Below are positions 57,227 to 64,000 of a stretch of DNA of 64,000 nucleotides, in pieces (the stretch's first letter is position 1; each line of letters begins with the position of its first letter). Origin of the DNA: an uncultured Heliomicrobium sp. (lineage in GTDB: Bacteria > Acidobacteriota > Blastocatellia > RBC074); assembly GCA_964470555.1 (NCBI GenBank), contig CAYYDG010000030.1, forward strand, positions 12,954 through 76,953, written 5' to 3'. The translations under genes and the position numbers were made by a program. The notes beneath the pieces were generated by a model. The model saw only the letters and a list, made by a program, of their open reading frames with translations. It was not told the origin of the DNA and ran no database searches.

Positions 57227-57444
57227 ATCCGGCTAACGCGGCTGCAATGCAATCCAAACCCAATGCTCAGTCCTCAAAGTCAAACGGTAATTCCAGATCG
57301 AAGAATCGGAAAACGGCTGCGACGGCTGACACGAAAACTGAATTCACCGCAGATTTTGTGGTGGGGGCTTTGTTGTATTCGCTTCTCGGCTCCAATCGCA
57401 GCGAAGCCGTTGTTTCTTTTCTGCCCGAAGAGGAGCGGAACTGA
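57223..57444 (+). CDS. Possible small protein translationally coupled (ATGA overlap) to the acyltransferase
   Basis: ORF only, 73 aa, Ser/Asn/Lys-rich then hydrophobic stretch. Confidence 0.25.
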   Translation: MNPANAAAMQSKPNAQSSKSNGNSRSKNRKTAATADTKTEFTADFVVGALLYSLLGSNRSEAVVSFLPEEERN

Positions 57445-57464
57445 AAAATCGTCAGGGAAGATTT

Positions 57465-57668
57465 ATGGCACGACGAATTGATAACGAATGCGCGTATTGC
57501 GGCGAGGAGTTGGAAATTGAAACCGGCCTGATAGGGAAAGACTGGAAGCTGTATTGTTCGGCGGAATGCACCAGCGGCGGCGAAAAACTCTCGCTTCGTG
57601 AAATGGAGCAGTTGATGAAAGTGGCAATTCCCAGCCGGCATTATGCAGCGTTGGATGAAACGGCCTGA
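57465..57668 (+). CDS. Small four-Cys (zinc-ribbon-like) protein
   Basis: CAYCGEE...CSAEC in a 67-aa ORF. Confidence 0.35.
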   Translation: MARRIDNECAYCGEELEIETGLIGKDWKLYCSAECTSGGEKLSLREMEQLMKVAIPSRHYAALDETA

Positions 57669-57905
57669 ATCCCCCAGGTCTTTTACCTGAAATTAACCCT
57701 GGTCTTACTTTGATTTAACTTCGGCCTTACTTCGATTTAAGCGGGCGTTGCTAGATTGCCTACCTACAGCAATCAAACCTAAAACGTAGACAAATGTAAA
57801 TTCCGAACGCTTCGGCTTGGGAATCGTCCGCTGTGGGCGTGTTGGCCAAGGCCGGAAAGGCGTTCGTCCGTCAAATCAGTTTCGATCCACTCAACAGGAG
57901 AAATT

Positions 57906-60900
57906 ATGCAATCGAGAACAAAAGGCCGCAGTATTTTGCTTGGACTGCTGTTGGTTCTTGGAATCAGTTTTACGCCTAATGCACTGGCTCAATCTGGCCC
58001 GTCTGGAAGTCTGAGTGGTGTGGTGCAAGATTCCAATGGAGCAGCAGTTGCGGCGGTAAAAGTTTCCGCCACCAACACCGACAATGGATTCACCCGCACG
58101 GCAATAGCCGACGCAGAGGGACGTTGGGTAATCAACGTTCTACCCGTCGGAAATTACAAAGTTACGTTTGAAGCTACGGGATTCAAAAAATCCGTGGCCG
58201 CCGCCGTTGTCGAAGCTTCAGTGCCACGTGTGCTGGAAGTCAAACTTGAAATTGGCGACGTTTCTGCAGAGGTGCAAATTACCGATGCTGCGCCGCTGTT
58301 GACGCCTACGACGGCGACGACCTTTCGCCAATTGAGCGGTCAGGAATTGGTTCAGGTTCCGACTGCGACTCGCAGCTTCACGCACTTACTTTCCGCCGAT
58401 GCCGGTGTCAGTTCCGATCTGCCGCCCGTGCTGACCAACGGAAATGGCAACATTTCACCTTCGGTCAACGGCACACGCACGACCAGCACCAGTTTGAGTT
58501 TCAATGGAATTGACGCAACGAACATCACCACCAACGAAGGTTCGTTTTCCGACAACATTGCGCCCGCGCCGGAAACCTTGCAGGAAGTGAAACTGCAAAC
58601 CAGTTTGTATGACGCTTCGACCGGGCGCAGCGGCGGTGGCAACTTTCAGCTCATCACCAAGAGCGGCGGCAACTCGTTCAACGGCACGCTCTACCATTAC
58701 CTGCAAAACGAAAAGCTGAACGCCAACGATTTCTTCTTCAACAAAGACGGCATTGATCGTCCGAAAGCGCGCCGCAACGAAGGCGGCGGCACGATTGGCG
58801 GACCGATTCGCAAAGACCGCACGTTCTTCTTCGGCGGTTATCAATTCACGCGCGCCAACACGGGCTTTGTGCCGACCGCAAGTTCGGTGACGACGCTGCC
58901 CGAAGCGTTGCGTTTGATTCCCGGCGATGCGACGGCGGCGAATGTGGTCGCAGCGTTCCGTCAACTCAATCCTCAGTTTCAATTGACCGAAGCGCAGATT
59001 TCGCCGATTGCCTTGCGCATTATGAACATCCGCAATCCGGTGACGGGCGGTTACCTGGTGGCGCGTCCTGCGGCCAATGCCGTGCCGCTCTTTTCCGGCA
59101 CATCGCGCGTGGTGGACACCAATGTGGGAGATTTGACCCGCCTCAATCCTCTGCTGGGTGATTTTCGCGGTGGCAATCCGCTGGTGCGGCAACGGAACGT
59201 GTCACCGGCACAGTTCCAACAGGATCAATTCACCGTTCGACTGGACGAACAGCTCACACAAAACAATCGCTTGAGCGGGACGGTGTTCTTTGCCGACTTT
59301 CCCGGCCTCGATCCCTTCCCGAATCCCTTGCAAAATGCTTCGCCCGTCACGATTCGTCGCGCGGCGCGCAACACGACCGTTGCCATTTCGGATATTCAAA
59401 ATTTCGGCAGCAGCATCATCAACGAAGCTCGATTCGGATTATTCCGTCTCAACAACACTCGGCGATTGGATGATCCGTTCCTGAGCATCACGAACGAATC
59501 GGTCGGCATTCCGAACCCGGCAACGTTTTTCGACAATAGCCCCGGCACCCAGAGGCTTGGCCATTTTGTCTGGCGAAACGCTTTGTCGGGCTTGGATTTT
59601 GGCGGTCCGAACGATTCCTTCAACAAACGCAAGCAGGAATCCTGGTCGGTTGCGGACACGGTGACTTGGTTGCGCGGCGCGCACAATTTCAAATTCGGCA
59701 GTGAATTCAAACGGCATGCGTTCGACACCAACCTGCCCGAAGAACAAGCGACGGAGTTCGAGAAGTTCGAGAATTTCACGCAATTTCTGGCGGGCTTTGC
59801 GACCGAAGCAGACACGCAATTCGGCGTCACTGATAAACGGTTTCGCTTTATGGACCTCAACGGCTTCATCGCCGACGATTGGCGCGTCAATAACAAACTG
59901 ACTTTGAATCTGGGCGTGCGATGGGAATGGTTCGGCTGGCCGACGGAATTGGACGGCAGAATCGGCAACGTTGATCTGAACCTGCTGAACAACCCGAACA
60001 ATCCCGTCAACGTGTTTATAGTTCCGAGCAACGTCAAAAACACAGGTTTCCAGGCGGTGGACGGTTCGATTGCCGCTTCGACCAAAGTGGATAACAAACA
60101 CACGCTGAACGGGCAGGATTTGAATAACTTCGCGCCGCGTTTCGGCTTTGCGTTCACTCCGTTCGACAACAACAGACTCGTCGTGCGCGGTGGTTACGGC
60201 GTGTTCTTTGACCGCCCATCAGCGGCTTTCATCAACACGATATTCAGCAACTATCCGTTCCTGCGCGAATCGGAAGTGACGGCTCCGACCCGCGCCATTC
60301 CGCTCAACACGGCGTGGTCGGCGCAAAACGTCAATCAGCCGTTCGCGCAATACCTGCCGAACCGCATCGTTTATCAATCGGGTGGCACATTCGTGATTCG
60401 CGACGGCACCGGCATCACGCGCGATGCGCAAGGGAACGTGAACCCTGTTGATTTGGCGACTGGACAACCGGCGCTGGGCAACGTCGCCGAAACCTTTGAA
60501 TTCCGCGCGGTGGATCGCAACCTGCGCACGCCCTACGTTCAACAATGGAACCTCGGCTTCCAATTCGAGGTGACAAAAAACATGATGTTCGAAGCGCGCT
60601 ACGTCGGAACGAAAGGCACGAAACTGCTGCAAGCCATCGCGCTCAATCAGGGCTACGACCTGAACGATTCCAACGCGCCGGATTTCATCTTCGGTCGTTT
60701 CAATGATGCCTATGACGCGGCGTATCAACGCGAATTTCAGCGAACAGGCAATGCGAACGTCCTCAACGGACCGTTGCGCACGGCTTCGACGCAACGTGAG
60801 CGCGGACGCGGCATCGCCTTCGGCTTCGCCAATCCGTATCTGGTCAGCGGAGCCAATCCCTGCTCGACCGGCGCTTTGGTGTTGCCGAACAACACGCCGA

Positions 60901-61811
60901 CCGATTTCAACATGAGCCAGGCGTTGCGTTGCAACGGAACGTCGCCGACTGGCGGTGCGATCATTGGTTTTGAAGCTCGTGTGCCGGTGTTGGGCTTCAA
61001 CGTGCCTGAAGCGTTGTTGTTGCAATCGGCAGGCAATTCCAGCTATCACGGTTTGCAGATGAACCTGTCGCAGCGTATGGCGCGCGGGCTGCAATACAAC
61101 CTCGCTTACACCTGGAGCAAGTCGCTGGATTATCTTTCGTCCGATCCAGGCAGCACGGCGGGCAGCGGGCGTCCCGATATTCCGAACACTGGCTTCATCA
61201 CTCAGGGCGATTCACGCAACGTGCGCGCGAATCGTGCGCCGTCAGATTTCGACCGCACGCATCGCTTCAGCGCGAATTTCGTTTACGAGCTTCCGTTTGG
61301 TCAATCGCGTGCATTAAGTGGTTGGGCGCTGTCCGGCTTTTTCCAAACGCAAACCGGCTCGCCGTTCAGCATTTTTGCTGGCGAACCGGAGATCGGCAAC
61401 GTCACGCAATACCGCAACCTGTTTCGTGGTTCCGGCGGGTTAGTGCGTCCGGGCTTCGGACGCCCAAATCTGAACGGAACACTTGACCAATTAAGACAGG
61501 GCGGATCAGACAAGACGGAGCAGTATTTCAATGCCTCGCTGCTGACCTCGGCGTTGGGCGGGTTCGGCAATCTGGGGCGAAACGTTCTGCGCGCACCCAG
61601 CCAAAGCCGCTTTGATATTGGCTTGGCCAAGGCTACCAGACTGACGGAACGCGCAAACCTGGAGTTCCGTTGGGATGTGTTCAACATTTTCAACAAGGCG
61701 AATTTTGCGGCTCCGAACACGGAACTGTCAGACGACGCGGATTTCAATCGCATTACTAATACGATTGGCGGCCCCCGCGTGATGCAGTTCGGTTTGAAGC
61801 TGAAGTTCTAA
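57906..61811 (+). CDS. TonB-dependent-receptor-like outer membrane protein with carboxypeptidase-regulatory-like N-terminal domain (paralog of 5403-9194)
   Basis: Signal peptide; SGVVQDSNGAAVAAVKVSATN; C-terminal ...FGLKLKF. Confidence 0.8.
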   Translation: MQSRTKGRSILLGLLLVLGISFTPNALAQSGPSGSLSGVVQDSNGAAVAAVKVSATNTDNGFTRTAIADAEGRWVINVLPVGNYKVTFEATGFKKSVAAAVVEASVPRVLEVKLEIGDVSAEVQITDAAPLLTPTTATTFRQLSGQELVQVPTATRSFTHLLSADAGVSSDLPPVLTNGNGNISPSVNGTRTTSTSLSFNGIDATNITTNEGSFSDNIAPAPETLQEVKLQTSLYDASTGRSGGGNFQLITKSGGNSFNGTLYHYLQNEKLNANDFFFNKDGIDRPKARRNEGGGTIGGPIRKDRTFFFGGYQFTRANTGFVPTASSVTTLPEALRLIPGDATAANVVAAFRQLNPQFQLTEAQISPIALRIMNIRNPVTGGYLVARPAANAVPLFSGTSRVVDTNVGDLTRLNPLLGDFRGGNPLVRQRNVSPAQFQQDQFTVRLDEQLTQNNRLSGTVFFADFPGLDPFPNPLQNASPVTIRRAARNTTVAISDIQNFGSSIINEARFGLFRLNNTRRLDDPFLSITNESVGIPNPATFFDNSPGTQRLGHFVWRNALSGLDFGGPNDSFNKRKQESWSVADTVTWLRGAHNFKFGSEFKRHAFDTNLPEEQATEFEKFENFTQFLAGFATEADTQFGVTDKRFRFMDLNGFIADDWRVNNKLTLNLGVRWEWFGWPTELDGRIGNVDLNLLNNPNNPVNVFIVPSNVKNTGFQAVDGSIAASTKVDNKHTLNGQDLNNFAPRFGFAFTPFDNNRLVVRGGYGVFFDRPSAAFINTIFSNYPFLRESEVTAPTRAIPLNTAWSAQNVNQPFAQYLPNRIVYQSGGTFVIRDGTGITRDAQGNVNPVDLATGQPALGNVAETFEFRAVDRNLRTPYVQQWNLGFQFEVTKNMMFEARYVGTKGTKLLQAIALNQGYDLNDSNAPDFIFGRFNDAYDAAYQREFQRTGNANVLNGPLRTASTQRERGRGIAFGFANPYLVSGANPCSTGALVLPNNTPTDFNMSQALRCNGTSPTGGAIIGFEARVPVLGFNVPEALLLQSAGNSSYHGLQMNLSQRMARGLQYNLAYTWSKSLDYLSSDPGSTAGSGRPDIPNTGFITQGDSRNVRANRAPSDFDRTHRFSANFVYELPFGQSRALSGWALSGFFQTQTGSPFSIFAGEPEIGNVTQYRNLFRGSGGLVRPGFGRPNLNGTLDQLRQGGSDKTEQYFNASLLTSALGGFGNLGRNVLRAPSQSRFDIGLAKATRLTERANLEFRWDVFNIFNKANFAAPNTELSDDADFNRITNTIGGPRVMQFGLKLKF

Positions 61812-61838
61812 AATCGCAACACCACCTTTAATTTCAAT

Positions 61839-61882
61839 GGCTGCGGCTCATCTTCGGATGGGGCGCAGCCAATTTTGTTTTT
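61839..61882 (+). terminator. Rho-independent terminator
   Basis: GGCTGCGGCTCATC-ttcg-GATGGGGCGCAGCC followed by AATTTTGTTTTT. Confidence 0.7.
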
Positions 61883-62071
61883 GCCCGCCTGGCCATCCAT
61901 CTTCACGTTAAGCTGAAGTTAAATTGATGCAAAATTCCACTTGCCATCGCTCGTTCAAATGCTATTATCCCCGCCACTTACGAGCGAGCTTGACGTGAAT
62001 TTAACTTCGATTTTACGCCGAATCGCCCGCCTTTTATTCAAATCACAAGCCGAATTGGAGGTTGAGAGCCT

Positions 62072-62836
62072 ATGGCAAAGAAGAATCGTTTTCTTGTTTT
62101 ATTGTCGTCGTTGTTATTGATGGCTTTGGTTGCAAATGTGGCGGCTCAGAATTCGCGCGAAGCCTCGGCGGCTTCTTACCGTTTGCGTGGCGATCAGTGG
62201 CAGGCGAAAGGCGAACTGGATCGCGCAATCGAAGATTACAGTTTTGCGCTGTCGTTCAATCCGAATGACTTTGATGCTTACAACAATCGCGGCATCGCGC
62301 GGTATTCCAATGGCGAGTTTGAACTGGCGATTGGCGATTTCAGCCGGGCAGTGGCGTTGAAGCCTCAAATGGCCAGCGCGTTTTACAATCGCGGTCTGGC
62401 GCGAAAATCTGCCGACGATTTTGATGGCGCGATTGCCGATTTCGACCAGGCGTTACAAATCAACCCTGATTTGGTTCAGGCCTACAACAATCGCGGCAAT
62501 GCACGCCGCAGCCTTGGGGACATTGCAGGCGCCATTGCCGATTTCGATCAAGCCATCAAACTCAATCCGCGCCTGGCTGAAGCTTATAACAATCGCGGCA
62601 ATGCTCGGCTGGCTGAAGGCGGGTTTGAAACAGCCATCAGCGATTACAATCGCGCCATCAAGCTCAATCCGAATTATGCAATTGCGTATCTAAATCGAGG
62701 ACTTGCCCGGCTGAGTTCCGGCGACCAGGCTAATGCGTTGAACGATTTGGAACAGTCGCTGAAGCTCAACCCCGCTTTGCGGAAAACAGTTGAACAGCGA
62801 ATCGAAGAATCGGGTCTGAAATTAACGAATCGCTGA
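62072..62836 (+). CDS. Secreted tetratricopeptide-repeat (TPR) protein
   Basis: Signal peptide; about six TPR units (AYNNRGNAR... repeated). Confidence 0.85.
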   Translation: MAKKNRFLVLLSSLLLMALVANVAAQNSREASAASYRLRGDQWQAKGELDRAIEDYSFALSFNPNDFDAYNNRGIARYSNGEFELAIGDFSRAVALKPQMASAFYNRGLARKSADDFDGAIADFDQALQINPDLVQAYNNRGNARRSLGDIAGAIADFDQAIKLNPRLAEAYNNRGNARLAEGGFETAISDYNRAIKLNPNYAIAYLNRGLARLSSGDQANALNDLEQSLKLNPALRKTVEQRIEESGLKLTNR

Positions 62837-62866
62837 TTTCAAATCGAAAACAGGCTGTTACGATTT

Positions 62867-62910
62867 GGGCGGTTGTTGCAACTTTGCGGCAACCGCCCAT
62901 TACTTTGTTG
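62867..62910 (+). terminator. Hairpin terminator (weak T-tract)
   Basis: GGGCGGTTG...CAACCGCCC 9-bp stem. Confidence 0.4.
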
Positions 62911-63146
62911 AATTGAGCTTTTAAGAAAATGACAAACAAAAGACGAGTTTTGATTCCTTAACTCAGAATCCATCAATATGCAGCTTGCCGGCCAAGCCAT
63001 TCTCCTCAGCAGTGAATTAATGCTGATCCAAGATCGCTTTAACCTCGAATTAACTCAAGCCAAGTAAATTCAGTTTTACGAATTCAACCACATCGTAACC
63101 CACTCAAAATTCACTTTTGTATCACTTTTGTATAGGAGAGACACCC

Positions 63147-64000
63147 ATGCGCGTTGCACGCTCACTTTTCAATACCAAGCCGGTCAGTGCCGGTTTACAT
63201 CAAATCTTTCGCCAAATAGCTTTTGTTTTAGTTTTCTTTGCGATCATGGCGAGCACCGGTCTGGCGCAATCGGAATCTGGAAGCGCGGCCATCGAAGGCA
63301 AAATTGCCGATCCGAACTCGCAAGCCATTGCTGGAGCGACTGTCACCATTCGCAATCAGGAAACCGGTTATACGCGCCGGTTGACGACCGATGGACGCGG
63401 TCAATTCATCGCCAGCGTCATGCCTGTCGGCATATACGTCGTTGAAGCTTCGGCGGGCGGATTCGCCACCGTCAAACGCGAAAACGTGACGTTGACCGTC
63501 GGCAACACCGAAACGGTCAACCTTTCGCTGAAAGTGGCTTCGGTCAATGAGGAAATCGTCGTGACTTCCGAATCGGCCAGCCTGGATACGGAAGAATCCG
63601 CCGCCGGTTCAACCATAGGCCAGCGCGCCATCACCGAATTGCCGATTCGCGGGCGCAACTTCACTGATCTGATTCAATTGACGCCGGGTATCGTTCAGGA
63701 ATCCGACCGCAAAGGCCTGGTCATCGCCGGGCAGCGTTCGATCAATTCCAACATTTCGCTGGACGGCGCGGATTTCAATGACGCGCTGCAAGGCAATCAG
63801 CGTGGAGGCAACGACGCCGTGTTCTTCTTTCCGCAAACGGCCATCCGCGAATTTCAGGTGGTGCGTTCCGGCGCTTCCGCCGAAGTCGGCAGAACCGGTT
63901 CGGGCTTCGTCAACGCCGTCACCAAATCCGGCACCAATGAATTTCACGGCGAAGCGTTTTACCTGAATCGAAATCCTGAACTGACTTCGGACGACGCTTT
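63147..64000 (+). CDS. TonB-dependent-receptor-like OMP with CarboxypepD_reg-like domain and plug, 5' partial (runs off the window)
   Basis: AGGAGAG RBS; signal peptide; GKIADPNSQAIAGATVTIRN; plug-like DLIQLTPGI. Confidence 0.75.
   Translation, partial: MRVARSLFNTKPVSAGLHQIFRQIAFVLVFFAIMASTGLAQSESGSAAIEGKIADPNSQAIAGATVTIRNQETGYTRRLTTDGRGQFIASVMPVGIYVVEASAGGFATVKRENVTLTVGNTETVNLSLKVASVNEEIVVTSESASLDTEESAAGSTIGQRAITELPIRGRNFTDLIQLTPGIVQESDRKGLVIAGQRSINSNISLDGADFNDALQGNQRGGNDAVFFFPQTAIREFQVVRSGASAEVGRTGSGFVNAVTKSGTNEFHGEAFYLNRNPELTSDDA

Overview
This is a high-GC (~58-60%) chromosomal segment whose gene content fits a soil Acidobacterium of the Solibacter type. Indicators are several very large outer-membrane TonB-receptor-like proteins with carboxypeptidase-regulatory-like N-termini, a TIGR03437-type C-terminal domain, an ECF sigma factor paired with a Ser/Thr kinase, and secreted WD40 beta-propeller proteins. 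All calls rest on reading the supplied translations; nothing was searched. Housekeeping genes are present: mutS2, dnaG-rpoD, citrate synthase, pdxA, feoB with a DtxR-family regulator, a Gfo/Idh/MocA oxidoreductase and an ADP-forming acyl-CoA synthetase fused to a GNAT domain. I found no rRNA, tRNA, CRISPR array, transposase or integrase. Candidate accessory or unusual content, in the order I would look at it: (1) a four-gene module of ECF sigma, Ser/Thr kinase with an anti-sigma-like N-terminus, and YdbS/YdbT-like bPH membrane proteins, with a second orphan kinase-WD40 carrying the same N-terminal domain 20 kb away; (2) two secreted WD40 paralogs whose 3' ends are about 90% identical at the DNA level, plus a 34-nt intergenic motif present twice in that cluster; (3) an AT-rich ~2.3-kb island directly after the rpoD terminator that carries a Cys-rich secreted protein gene and runs into the first ~300 codons of a 1121-aa gene, where the AT-rich part encodes a metzincin-like motif with all three His replaced (RELGRFLGFVS); (4) an orphan BMC-H shell protein gene; (5) a bipolar acidic/lysine-alanine-rich histone-H1-like protein with microsatellite repeats; (6) a candidate Hfq/Sm-like protein with long tails.
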